DNA of 54,337 nt from Gemmatimonadota bacterium (GTDB lineage Bacteria > Gemmatimonadota > Gemmatimonadetes > Palauibacterales > Palauibacteraceae), in the NCBI GenBank assembly GCA_046758745.1, contig JBHIAV010000015.1, forward strand, positions 1 through 54,337, read 5' to 3'. The position numbers and the translations under genes were made by a program. The notes beneath the pieces were generated by a model. That model worked only from the letters and a program-made list of their open reading frames with translations, ran no database searches and was not told the origin of the DNA. Numbering within the stretch: position 1 is the stretch's first letter; every line of letters begins with the position of its first letter. Positions 9,558-19,817 of this stretch are shown here, one piece after another.

Positions 9558-9815
9558 ATGTCTCTGAATCTCCGAGCACTTTCGCTGGCGAGCGCGCTGC
9601 TGTGGGGAGGTCTGTTTCTGTTCATCGGAGCGCTCAACCTAATGTTCCCCAGCTACGGGGCGCACTGGCTCGATTTCGGCGCGTCGATCTATCCGGGATA
9701 TCATGGCCCGTCCGGCTTCGGGTCCGTCATCATCGTGACGCTGTACGGACTGGTGGACGGGGCGGTAGGCGGAGCGATCTTCGCCTGGCTCTACAACCGT
9801 CTACTCCCGGCGTAG
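9558..9815 (+). CDS. small membrane protein (85 aa)
   Basis: Strong SD GGAGGAG; two hydrophobic helices flanking ASIYPGY; ends GAIFAWLYN. Confidence 0.8.
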   Translation: MSLNLRALSLASALLWGGLFLFIGALNLMFPSYGAHWLDFGASIYPGYHGPSGFGSVIIVTLYGLVDGAVGGAIFAWLYNRLLPA

Positions 9816-9953
9816 CTTAGCACGTAGGCGTCCGAAGGGCGCGGGCGAGCCCTACAGAGAGACGCGCCGGCCGGCGTGCCGGACGGAACGCTGAACACGA
9901 CCCGGCGCGCGAGGAGACTGGCGCGCACCCTCCCGTCCGGGCCAGCTTCGCCT

Positions 9954-10205
9954 TCAGGCGTGCTCGCCGACCGTCTCGAGGGCTTCCGTGAACTCGCCTC
10001 CCGACCCCGCGCCGATGTTCACGCGCGCGACCGCGACGGACGGTTCCGGGTGCTCGAGCGCGCTCTCCTCCCTCGGGGCGGCCGAGTCGGGTCCGCTCCC
10101 GTGTCGCCGGTAGACGCCGCGCGCGGAGACGGCCCAGAACACCGCCACTATCGCCAGGTTGGCACCCACGATCCCGGCCGCCACCAGTGCTGCCGTCGAT
10201 AGCAT
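9954..10205 (-). CDS. small protein with N-terminal TM helix (83 aa)
   Basis: ATG after GAGG; hydrophobic N-terminus and acidic tail. Confidence 0.5.
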   Translation of the reverse strand: MLSTAALVAAGIVGANLAIVAVFWAVSARGVYRRHGSGPDSAAPREESALEHPEPSVAVARVNIGAGSGGEFTEALETVGEHA

Positions 10206-10633
10206 GACTCGCTTCCTCGTACGACGGAGAGGTCTGGCCCCACGAAGCGCGGGCCGCTTCCGATGCCGCTCCGTTGCAAAGCGCGAGCCTGCCCGGCGAC
10301 GCCGTCGGCGAGGATCCCGGATCGACCGATGATCCCCCCGTGCTGCCCACCCAGCGCCGCGCCCTGCTCCACCACACCGCGCTGCCGGAGAACGATTCTC
10401 TCCTACATCTAACAGCGGGACCGTCCCTTATGGTTCCTCACCGATCGGCCTGGGGGGCTTCCGGCAGACGGCGGGTTGCGGCCCGATCGTGGAGGCGAAC
10501 GGGCCAGGGCATTCCGGTGGCGCTGGCCCGGCCGCGCCGCGCCAGACCAGAAACTTGGCATTCCGCAACAGATTCCCTACCTGCCGGCAGACGGATGCCG
10601 GAGTCCCATCCGCGGGCCACGTGGGCCGGCGCG

Positions 10634-11305
10634 CTATCCCGCCACTGGCTCTCCCGCCCGGCGTGGGGGCTGGGCGGCCGGCCGGAGGCCCGGAGCCGGC
10701 CTTCGCCGCCGCAGTTTGAAGCGGCGGATGAGCCTCTGGGCGGCGCCGAGCCTGAGCGCCAGCAGCGTCATCACGATCAGGCCGAAGGTCATCGGCGCCC
10801 GCGTATCGGCCTGCTTTCCCTGCCACAGGTAGTGGAGCACGCCGAGCCCTCCGGCCAGGTAGACGAGCCTGTGGAGCTGCTGCCACCGCCTGCCCAGCCG
10901 CCGGATCCAGCCCCGCGTCGAGGTGACGGCGAGGGAGGTGAGGATGAGGAAGGCCGTGAAGCCGGCGAGGATGTACGGCCTCTCCGTGATATCCTCGACG
11001 ATGAAGCTCCAGGCGAAGAACTGGTCGAGGACCAAGTAGTTCAGGAAGTGGATCGTCACGTAGGTGAAGGCGAAGAGGCCGAGCGTTCGGCGGACCTTGA
11101 TGAGCTCGTTCCGCCCGGTGAGCCGCCGCACCGGGGTCACCGCCAGGGTGATCGTGAGAAGGGTCAGCCCCCACCACCCCGACCAGTCGTTCACCGCTTC
11201 GATCGGGTTGGCGCCGAGCCCTTCCGTAGCCACCCGCCACCCGAGACGGGCGAGCGGGAAGAGGCCCAGGGCCCACGCTCCCGCCTTGAGGCCGCGGGTG
11301 TTCAT
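10634..11305 (-). CDS. msrQ: methionine sulfoxide reductase heme-binding membrane subunit
   Basis: LGANPIE, TLAVTP, RRTLGLFAFTY..IH, LAVTS, WQQLHRLVY; directly downstream of msrP. Confidence 0.95.
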   Translation of the reverse strand: MNTRGLKAGAWALGLFPLARLGWRVATEGLGANPIEAVNDWSGWWGLTLLTITLAVTPVRRLTGRNELIKVRRTLGLFAFTYVTIHFLNYLVLDQFFAWSFIVEDITERPYILAGFTAFLILTSLAVTSTRGWIRRLGRRWQQLHRLVYLAGGLGVLHYLWQGKQADTRAPMTFGLIVMTLLALRLGAAQRLIRRFKLRRRRPAPGLRPAAQPPRRAGEPVAG

Positions 11306-11399
11306 CGTCCCGGGAGACGGCCCGTCACCGAGACGGCGAGCGCCGCATCGGAATGCGGGCGCCAGAGCGGGAACGGCGAAGCCCGGGAGCGCCGTCCCA

Positions 11400-12431
<1,032 letters not shown>

Positions 12432-12747
12432 CGCTCTCGTGCTTGAAGACGGCTCATTGCCCTTTCGGCGCGCTCTGTTGCGGGCGGCTCGATCTATGGC
12501 TACCGGAGATACGTCGGGAAGATCCGGACGGATCTATGACGTCGATCATCGGGCGACCCGCGGACGGCGGGAGGCGGCGGGAAGCCGCGGTACCGATACG
12601 CGCTTGCTCCCGGTTTCCCGCCGCGGCAACTTTCTCCCGGCGGGATCGCCGGGGTCTCTCCGGCGGCATCACCCGGGCGTCGGCGACGCGTGCAGGTGAC
12701 CGATCCGTTGGACAGTCGGCGAAGCCTGAAGCGAGGGGGAGGGAACG

Positions 12748-12834
12748 ATGGCGGAAGGAAGCGCGAAGCGGAAGAAGATCTATCTCGTCATCATCGCGAT
12801 CCTGCTCGCCCTGATCCTGCTGCAGGGGTTCTAG
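12748..12834 (+). CDS. putative 28-aa single-TM small protein MAEGSAKRKKIYLVIIAILLALILLQGF
   Basis: SD GGAGG upstream of ATG; basic N-terminus plus hydrophobic helix; GC3-rich codons; below the ORF-track length cutoff. Confidence 0.6.
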   Translation: MAEGSAKRKKIYLVIIAILLALILLQGF

Positions 12835-12845
12835 CCAGACTCGCC

Positions 12846-12913
12846 CTGCCGCACTCCGTCGGGCCGGAAGCTCTGCCGCGCGCCGTCGGGCCGGAAGCTC
12901 TGCCGCGCGCCGT
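12846..12913. repeat. 27-bp tandem repeat, 2 perfect copies plus partial flanks
   Basis: CCGTCGGGCCGGAAGCTCTGCCGCGCG at 12856 and 12883. Confidence 0.9.
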
Positions 12914-12966
12914 GGCGGCCGCCGCCGGCCCGTGGTAGAGGCCGGTGGCGGATAGCAGGGTGCCGA

Positions 12967-13941
12967 TTACCGATCGCCCGCGCACCGGAAGCCGACCATG
13001 TCGAGGCCTAGCTCCGGCGGGTTTCCATGGCGGTAGCTGGCTCGCAAACAGTAGGGATCGTTTCCCCACCCTCCCCCGCGCAGCACCACGAGCCCGGATC
13101 GCCCGGGGAACGGGCTCGCGGTCCACTCCCATACATTGCCGGCCAGGTCCAGAAGGCCGAAGGGCGAGGCGCCTTCCGGAAAGCTGCCGACCGGCGCGGT
13201 CCGCGCGTAACCATCGGCCGCATCGGGGGCGCAGCAGCGCACGGCCCCGAAGTTGGCGCGGCGCGTCCCGTCGGCCTCCTCCGGCGGTGCGTCACCCCAT
13301 GGATAGCGCCTCCCGTCGGTACCGCGCGCCGCGAACTCCCACTCCTCCTCGGTAGGGAGGCGGAGGCCGTAGTGGGCGCAGTACGCCGCCGCGTCCCGGG
13401 CGGACAGCTGGACCACCGGGTGGTCTTCGCGCCCCTCGATCGAATCCTCCGGCCCGCGCGGGTGGCGCCAATCGGCGCCCGAGACGCGGCGCCAGGCTCC
13501 GTCCCACACGTAGCCGGCGCCGGAGCTCTCGGGATCGGTGATGTGTCCCGTCTCGCGCACGAACGCCGAGTACATCGCGTTCGTGACCTCGAGGCGCATG
13601 ATTCGAAGGGGTGCCACCTCGACCGTTCGCACGGCCTCGTCGGGCTCGCCTTCCGGGTCGCCCATGAGGAAACTCCCGCCCGGTAGGTCGACCAGCGAGG
13701 TAGGCGCCATCGACGGGGCTGGCTGAACCGGCCGCCCGGCGCTGGCCGACAGCGTTCCGGCGCCGACGGACCGCTTCGACCGGCCGTCGAGGCTCGAGCT
13801 CCTGCTGTCCCGCCCGCGGCATCCACCCGCCAGCGCAGCCCAGACAGTGGCGCAGAGAAGGACCGCCGGGAGCCTCGGGGGCCGCAGCCGGCGCCGCTCG
13901 GGGCGGCGGCGGGACCGTGGTGGTCGAAAGCGGACGCTCAG
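12967..13941 (-). CDS. FGE-sulfatase (SUMF1-like) domain protein, probable lipoprotein
   Basis: FLMG, EVTNAMY, HPVVQLS..DA.AYC, RLPTEEEWEFAARG, DLAGNVWEW, GFRC; upstream LAGG-C lipobox. Start uncertain. Confidence 0.85.
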   Translation of the reverse strand: MSVRFRPPRSRRRPERRRLRPPRLPAVLLCATVWAALAGGCRGRDSRSSSLDGRSKRSVGAGTLSASAGRPVQPAPSMAPTSLVDLPGGSFLMGDPEGEPDEAVRTVEVAPLRIMRLEVTNAMYSAFVRETGHITDPESSGAGYVWDGAWRRVSGADWRHPRGPEDSIEGREDHPVVQLSARDAAAYCAHYGLRLPTEEEWEFAARGTDGRRYPWGDAPPEEADGTRRANFGAVRCCAPDAADGYARTAPVGSFPEGASPFGLLDLAGNVWEWTASPFPGRSGLVVLRGGGWGNDPYCLRASYRHGNPPELGLDMVGFRCAGDR

Positions 13942-14198
13942 GGGGAGCTGCCTCCGTCCACCACCCCGTCCGCCGTCTCTGCGATGAGCTGGTTCCACCA
14001 CGGCGGTCAGATCGCCCGCGCGCTCGAAGGTCGTGAGCTGCCGCTCGGCGCTCGGTCCCTGCTCGAGGATGCGAATCCGCGTATTCGACCTCCTTCCGGC
14101 TCCCGGGCGCGTCGACCACGAGGGGCGTGACTCGGAAGCCGCCAGCTCGGGCGGCGGCAACCTACCGCGCCGCGCCGCGATGGAAAACTCGGCGGCGC

Positions 14199-14226
14199 TT
14201 GCGTGCGAGGGGGGGCAACCTATACT
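14199..14226 (+). promoter_or_regulatory. putative sigma70 promoter of the 14333 gene
   Basis: TTGCGT-N16-TATACT. Confidence 0.55.
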
Positions 14227-14332
14227 CGAGCATTCCGCGGCGATCCGGTCGCTTCCCATCGTCGCGAGGGGGATCCCTCACCGGGCGCTATCCGGCCGTC
14301 CGGTTCAGCGCCTCGCCGAAAAGGAGCGCGTC

Positions 14333-14677
14333 ATGGGCATCATTCGGTTTCCGCTCGAGAACTATCAGATCAGCCTCGGCGATGGCTTGACGTCCACGTG
14401 GGGCGATCAGACGATCCGGGCGCGCGGGGTCATCGGGTGCTACGGGACGGATTATCGTCTGATCCTCTACTTCCTCACCGAGGACAGCCCGGTCCCCAAG
14501 CCCTTGTTCATCGAGCGGGCCTGTCTCGGTGCGATCTTCCTCCCGTTCCGTGACTACCCGGCCTACATCGACCTTCTGCGGAACGAGAAGCCGGTCTACG
14601 GGAGCATCGATACGGAGGATCCGACCCAGCACCATATCTCGACGCTGCACGAGCCGATCGGCGAGGAAGAGAGCTAG
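14333..14677 (+). CDS. hypothetical protein (114 aa)
   Basis: AAGGAG SD; globular composition; YIDLLRNEKPVY segment. Confidence 0.78.
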   Translation: MGIIRFPLENYQISLGDGLTSTWGDQTIRARGVIGCYGTDYRLILYFLTEDSPVPKPLFIERACLGAIFLPFRDYPAYIDLLRNEKPVYGSIDTEDPTQHHISTLHEPIGEEES

Positions 14678-14718
14678 ACCACGGGGGGTGTGCGTGCGCG
14701 CCCGGCGGACTGACCGGC

Positions 14719-14747
14719 TTGCGCGCCCCACCTCGGCCCTCTACGAT
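14719..14747 (+). promoter_or_regulatory. putative sigma70 promoter of the riboswitch-btuB transcript
   Basis: TTGCGC-N17-TACGAT about 10 nt upstream of riboswitch P1. Confidence 0.6.
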
Positions 14748-14757
14748 GATCCGAGAA

Positions 14758-14935
14758 CACGAACGGGGTCGAAAGGAAGTCCGGTGATAGGCCGGCGCGG
14801 CCCCGCCACTGTATGAGGCGGCAGCGAATCGACTTCGCTGTCAGGACCCGCTCACCGAGCCACTGGGGCCCGATCTAACGACCCTGGGAAGGCGAGCGGA
14901 GGTCACCTCGAGCCAGGAGACCGGCCCCGTTCGTG
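14758..14935 (+). ncRNA. cobalamin riboswitch
   Basis: AAGGAAGTCCGGTG..GCCGGCGCGGCCCCGCCACTGTA, GAGCCACTGG..GGGAAGG, B12 box GAGCCAGGAGACCGGCC; perfect 11-bp closing stem CACGAACGGGG/CCCCGTTCGTG; upstream of a TonB receptor. Confidence 0.93.
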
Positions 14936-15078
14936 CCCGACGCAGTGCCCTTCGCGGGAAGGGCCGGGTGCGAAGGCGGAACGGTCCCCGCCGCTTTCGC
15001 GACTCCTTCCCTCGAGGCGCACGCACCCTCGAGGGAGGGGTTTTGGCACTTCGCGGTGGAAATGACCGCGCAGGCCGG

Positions 15079-15118
15079 CTCCCGCCCCTCTCTCCGGTGA
15101 GAGGAGCGGGAGTTTTTT
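15079..15118 (+). terminator. intrinsic terminator in the btuB leader (riboswitch expression platform)
   Basis: CTCCCGC-CCCTCTC...GAGAGG-A-GCGGGAG stem followed by TTTTTT. Confidence 0.78.
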
Positions 15119-15278
15119 CTTGGCGGTGGCCGGGCGCGCGGCGGCCAGCGGCCCCCACGGGACACGGGCCGAGCGCCTGCGGCGCACCTCCACCTCCCGT
15201 ACGCGTCGGCTCTGCCCACAGATAGCGGGCGCGCCCCGCGAGGGCCGGGGACGTCGCGCACGACCGGGAGGAATCGCC

Positions 15279-17285
15279 ATGCGTTCACCAAGGCACCGAC
15301 TCGCCGCCGCGCTGATCGGGCTTGCTCTTCTCTCAGCCACCGCGGCCGAGGCTCAGGAAGCCGCGGGGCCGTCCCCGAGCGACACGGTGGAACTCAAGGA
15401 GCTGTACGTCACGGTGTACCGGCTGCTCGTGCCGGAAGATGCGGTGACGTCGGAAGTCACCGTGATCACCGGCGAGGAGCTGCGAGACCGCGGAATCGAT
15501 CATGTCCTCGAGGCGCTCCGGGCGGTTCCGGGGGCGGCGGTGGTTCAATCCGGATCGTTCGGCTCGGTCACTTCACTCTTCCTCCGGGGCGGCGAGAGCG
15601 ACTACGTGCAGGTGCTGGTCGATGGGGTCCCCCTCAACCAGCCGGGCGGAAGCTTCGACTTCGGCAACCTCACGGCAGACAATATCGAACGGATCGAGGT
15701 GCTACGCGGCCCGGCAAGCGTCGTCTATGGGTCCGACGCGGTCACGGGCGTGGTCCAGATCTTCACGAAGAGGGGCTCGGGACCGCTGTCCGCGGAGGCG
15801 AAGCTGCGCGGCGGCACGTTCGGGACGCTGGCCGTGGACGGTACGATGGCGGGTGGCGGCGAGACGGCGAGCTACAGCTTCTCCCTCTCCCACTACTCTT
15901 CGGACGGGACGCTGGACTTCAACAACGACTACCGGAACACCGTGGCCACAGGTTTCGTGCGCCTGACGCCGGACTCGAGAACGAGAGCCGACCTGGTCCT
16001 TCGATATTCGGACAACGAGTTCCACTTTCCCACCGACGGCGCGGGTCGGTTGGTGGACGCGAACCAGTTTCGCGAGGAGGATTCCGCGTTGCTCGGCCTC
16101 GAAGTCAGCCGCTTGTTTGGAAGCAGATGGGAAGGCCGTCTCCATTTCGCCCTGAGCGAGGCGAACGCGAACTTCGACGATTCACCGGATGCCGCATCGG
16201 ACACCCTGGGATTCTTCGCCTTCCGAAGCCAGGATGACATCAGCCGCCAAAGCGCCGACGCGAGCGTGAACTACCGCCTGTCGCCCGCCACCGTCTTCAC
16301 GGCGGGCGCCGAGATCGAGGAGGAATCGATCAGCAGCCTGAACGAGTCCGAGAGCGAGTTCGGTAGCTCCACGGGTCGGCTGAAGGCGGATCGCACGAAT
16401 CGCGGCTTCTACCTGCAAGCCGTCGCGCTGCTGGGCGAGCGGTTCGCCCTCACCGCGGGAGCGCGGCTGGACGACAACGATGCGTTCGGAACGTTCGACA
16501 CGTACCGGCTCGGCGCGGCCTATCGGTTCCCCACCCGCACGCGTGTGCGCGCGCTGTTCGGCACCGGCTTCAAGGAGCCCACGTTCTTCGAGAACTTCGC
16601 CCAGGGCTTCGCGGTCGGGAACCCGGAGCTGGATCCGGAGCGCTCCCGCAGCTGGGAAGTCGGTCTCGAGCAGCCGCTGCTGGACGGACGCATTTCCCTG
16701 AAGGGCACCTGGTTCGACCAGCGTTTTCGCGACCTCGTCCAGTTCACCTTCGCCGCCCCTGAGCCGGGAGGCCCGAACTTCTTCAACATCGCGGAGGCCG
16801 AGGCATCGGGCCTCGAGATCGAGGCGCTCGTACGGCCGGTCCACGGCCTCACCGTCGGCGCGAGCTACACCTACCTGGACACGGAGGTGACCGACGCCGG
16901 CTTCGACAGCGGAGAGGACGCGGCGTTCGTCGAGGGAGACAGGCTGCTGCGGCGTCCCACCCACACCGTCGGCTTCACGCTCGGATACCGACTGCGTGGA
17001 TACGGGTCGGCGCAGCTCGGTCTCCTGCATGTGGGCTCGCAAGACGACCGTGATTTCTCGGCTTTCCCGGCGAGGAGAGTGGCAGTTTCCTCCCACACGC
17101 GAGTCGACCTCGCCGTGTCGCTCGGTTTCCTGAGCGGGGGAGCGAGAGCGGCCTTCACGCCGACCGTGCGGATCGACAATCTCTTCGATGAGGAGTACGA
17201 GGAGGCGAGGAACTTTCCAGCCCGCGGACGCACCGTGCTGGTGGGCGCGCGGGTGGGAATCGGGCCGGGCGGCTCGGCGGATTAG
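15279..17285 (+). CDS. btuB: TonB-dependent receptor, BtuB-like (cobalamin uptake)
   Basis: GGAGG SD; signal peptide; plug motif IERIEVLRGPASVVYGSDAVTGVVQIFT; NPELDPE; NLFDEEY; under a B12 riboswitch. Confidence 0.85.
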   Translation: MRSPRHRLAAALIGLALLSATAAEAQEAAGPSPSDTVELKELYVTVYRLLVPEDAVTSEVTVITGEELRDRGIDHVLEALRAVPGAAVVQSGSFGSVTSLFLRGGESDYVQVLVDGVPLNQPGGSFDFGNLTADNIERIEVLRGPASVVYGSDAVTGVVQIFTKRGSGPLSAEAKLRGGTFGTLAVDGTMAGGGETASYSFSLSHYSSDGTLDFNNDYRNTVATGFVRLTPDSRTRADLVLRYSDNEFHFPTDGAGRLVDANQFREEDSALLGLEVSRLFGSRWEGRLHFALSEANANFDDSPDAASDTLGFFAFRSQDDISRQSADASVNYRLSPATVFTAGAEIEEESISSLNESESEFGSSTGRLKADRTNRGFYLQAVALLGERFALTAGARLDDNDAFGTFDTYRLGAAYRFPTRTRVRALFGTGFKEPTFFENFAQGFAVGNPELDPERSRSWEVGLEQPLLDGRISLKGTWFDQRFRDLVQFTFAAPEPGGPNFFNIAEAEASGLEIEALVRPVHGLTVGASYTYLDTEVTDAGFDSGEDAAFVEGDRLLRRPTHTVGFTLGYRLRGYGSAQLGLLHVGSQDDRDFSAFPARRVAVSSHTRVDLAVSLGFLSGGARAAFTPTVRIDNLFDEEYEEARNFPARGRTVLVGARVGIGPGGSAD

Positions 17286-17341
17286 CCGCATCGGTCCTCG
17301 ACGCGAGGCGGAGGTCGCTCCGGCCTGCGCGACAGGGCCCG

Positions 17342-18358
17342 TCAGGCACCCGGCTCCGCCCACGCCGGATGGGCCCGAATCTCCTTCGTCAACGCTCTCT
17401 TCCGCTCCTCCGGAAGCCACGACGCGAGGATGGCGTCGAGCTGGAGGGTCCGGATCTCCTCCCGGGTGAAGCCGAGCCGCGCGGAGAGGAGCCGCAGCTC
17501 CCCCGCCAGCGAGGAGCCGAACATCGTGGGATCGTCCGTGTTGACGGTGACCAGGATCCCCCGGTCGAAGAAGCGGCGCAGCGGGTGCGACTCCAGCGAT
17601 GGGACGGCGCCCGTCCTCACGTTGGAAACCGGGCACATCTCGAGTGGGAGCCGCGTTTCGGCCAGGTACTCCAGGAGCGCCTCGTCCTCGAACGCCCGAG
17701 CCCCGTGGCCGATCCGGTCCACGCGGAGAGCCCGGATCGCCCCCCACACGCTCGGCGCGCCGGCCGCCTCTCCGGCGTGGGCGCTCGTGCGGAAGCCCAG
17801 CTGGCGTGCCCGCTCGAACACGGCGGCGAAGGGCTCCGGAGGGTACCGGTCCTCCGCCCCTCCGAGCCCGATCCCGGTCACGCCCTGGTCGCGGACCTCG
17901 GCGACCTCGGAAAGCGTGACAGCGCCCTTCTCCGGCCCGTAGTTGCGCACGAGGTCGGCGACCAGCGCGACCTCTATCTCCGGTACCCGCGCCAGACCCG
18001 CCCGCAGCGCCTCGGCGATCCGCTGGGTCTGCAGGCCGTGCCGCTGGAAGTCGGGCGGGGAGAAGAAGGCCTCCACGTAGCGGATGTTCTCCCCGGCGAG
18101 ACGGCGCGCCACGGCCTCCGCGATGCAGGTGAAGTCGTCGTACTCCCGGATGAAGCCGGCCTGCCAGAGCCACGTCCGGATGAAATGCGTGAAGTCCCGG
18201 TACCGGTATCGCCGCCGCAGCGCCTCGAGGTCCGGGACCTCGGGATCGCCGCCGTACTTCTCCATCAGCTCCCAGATCACCGGAAGGGGGATGGCGCCTT
18301 CGAGATGGAGGTGGAGCTCGACCTTCGGGATGCGCTCGAACCAGGAGGCGTCCATCAT
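17342..18358 (-). CDS. add: adenosine/adenine deaminase family protein (paralog 1)
   Basis: PKVELHLHLEG, AHAGE, RIGHG, EMCPVSN, VNTDDP. Confidence 0.9.
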   Translation of the reverse strand: MMDASWFERIPKVELHLHLEGAIPLPVIWELMEKYGGDPEVPDLEALRRRYRYRDFTHFIRTWLWQAGFIREYDDFTCIAEAVARRLAGENIRYVEAFFSPPDFQRHGLQTQRIAEALRAGLARVPEIEVALVADLVRNYGPEKGAVTLSEVAEVRDQGVTGIGLGGAEDRYPPEPFAAVFERARQLGFRTSAHAGEAAGAPSVWGAIRALRVDRIGHGARAFEDEALLEYLAETRLPLEMCPVSNVRTGAVPSLESHPLRRFFDRGILVTVNTDDPTMFGSSLAGELRLLSARLGFTREEIRTLQLDAILASWLPEERKRALTKEIRAHPAWAEPGA

Positions 18359-18657
18359 CCTCCCGCTCGAACGCTCGCCGGGGGCGGGTCCGCCGGCATC
18401 CTGTCCGGCGAGCCGCTGTGGCGACATCGTGCGAAGAGCCGGGGGGTCGCGAGAGCCGTTCGCATACCCCAATATACTCCGTGACGGCCGCGCCCCATCT
18501 TCACCCGGAGAGTTTCCTCGGCGTCCTTTCCCGGTGAAGTCCACGCCCGGATCGCGAAGCGGTGGAGGGTGCTCGGACGCGGCATACGCACCGCGGGGCG
18601 CCACGCGGCCCGGCGACGCTCCCGGGTGCCCTTCTCCCGAGGCCGGGAGGTCCAGCT

Positions 18658-19662
18658 TTGGAGATCCGATCCCTGCCCAAGGTGGAGCTCCACCTCCACC
18701 TCGATTGCTCGCTCAGCTTCGACGTGGTGCGCCGCCTCCGGCCCGACGTCACGCGCGAGACCTTCCGGACGGAGTACCTGGCATCCCCCAAGTGCAGGGA
18801 TCTGGCTGACTTCCTTACCGTGCCGCCGCGCAGCGTCGCCCTTCTGCAGAGCTCAGAGGCGCTCCGCTTGGCCACGGAGGACCTGTTCGACCAGCTCGCC
18901 GGGGATGGCGTGGTCTACGCCGAGGTCCGCTTCGCCCCCCTCCTCCACCTGGAGCGCGGCCTGGGCCCGGAGCAGGTGGTCGAGACGGTGGAGGGAGCGA
19001 TGGCGGAGGCGAGCGCCCGGACGGGCGTCGAGGGACGGCTGATCCTCTGCACCCTCCGCCACTTCACGGAGGCACAGAGCCTCGAGACGGCACGGCTCGC
19101 GGAACGCTTCCGGGAAGGGAGGGTCGTCGCGCTGGACCTGGCGGGCGACGAGGCGGGATATTCCCTCGACGCGCACGTGACGGCCTTCGAGTACGCCGCG
19201 GAGCACGGAGTGCACCGCACCGCCCACGCGGGCGAGGGCGCGGGTCCGGCAAGCGTGTGGGAGACCCTCGAGCGGCTTCGCCCCGCGCGCATCGGCCACG
19301 GGGTTCGCAGCATCGAGGATCCGGCGCTCCTCGAGCGCCTGAAGCGGGATGACATCCACCTGGAGGTATGCCCCACCTGCAATGTGCAGATCGATCTGTA
19401 CGACACGTACGCGGACCATCCGATCGACCGTCTCCGGCGGGCCGGAATCTCCGTCGGGGTGAACACGGATGCGCGGACCGTGCCGAACGTCACCCTAGTC
19501 GAGGAGTACGAGCGGTTGCGTGAGACCTTCGGGTGGGGCGCGGAGGATTTTCTCGCCGTCAACCTCGACGCCGCGCGTGTCGCCTTCCTGCCCGCGCCGG
19601 AACGGGCCGTGCTGGAGGCCCGCCTTCAAGCGGCTTATCTCGCAGCGGCCGGGGCGGGATAG
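18658..19662 (+). CDS. add: adenosine deaminase family protein (paralog 2)
   Basis: TTG after GGAGG; PKVELHLHLDCS, YAEVRFAP, DLAGDE, AHAGE, RIGHG, EVCPTCN, VNTD. Confidence 0.9.
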   Translation: MEIRSLPKVELHLHLDCSLSFDVVRRLRPDVTRETFRTEYLASPKCRDLADFLTVPPRSVALLQSSEALRLATEDLFDQLAGDGVVYAEVRFAPLLHLERGLGPEQVVETVEGAMAEASARTGVEGRLILCTLRHFTEAQSLETARLAERFREGRVVALDLAGDEAGYSLDAHVTAFEYAAEHGVHRTAHAGEGAGPASVWETLERLRPARIGHGVRSIEDPALLERLKRDDIHLEVCPTCNVQIDLYDTYADHPIDRLRRAGISVGVNTDARTVPNVTLVEEYERLRETFGWGAEDFLAVNLDAARVAFLPAPERAVLEARLQAAYLAAAGAG

Positions 19663-19817
19663 CGCATCGGCCGTCGAAGAATCTTCGCGATTGTGCACTC
19701 GAGGTCGAGGCGCGAGATTGTGGATGAGTTCGGCCGCTCTTCCGGGTCGCCGCCGGAAGCCGGGCTGTGTGCGGCTTCGCCGGGGCGGATCGGTCCGCGC
19801 TCGACGTGGAGGCTTGC

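Noticed and set aside
9558-9815. Prophage holin
   Set aside because: A small membrane protein, but no endolysin or other phage genes are nearby.
12846-12913. CRISPR array (also considered for 34450-34496 and 51764-51825)
   Set aside because: Only 2-3 adjacent copies without unique spacers of CRISPR length, and no cas genes.
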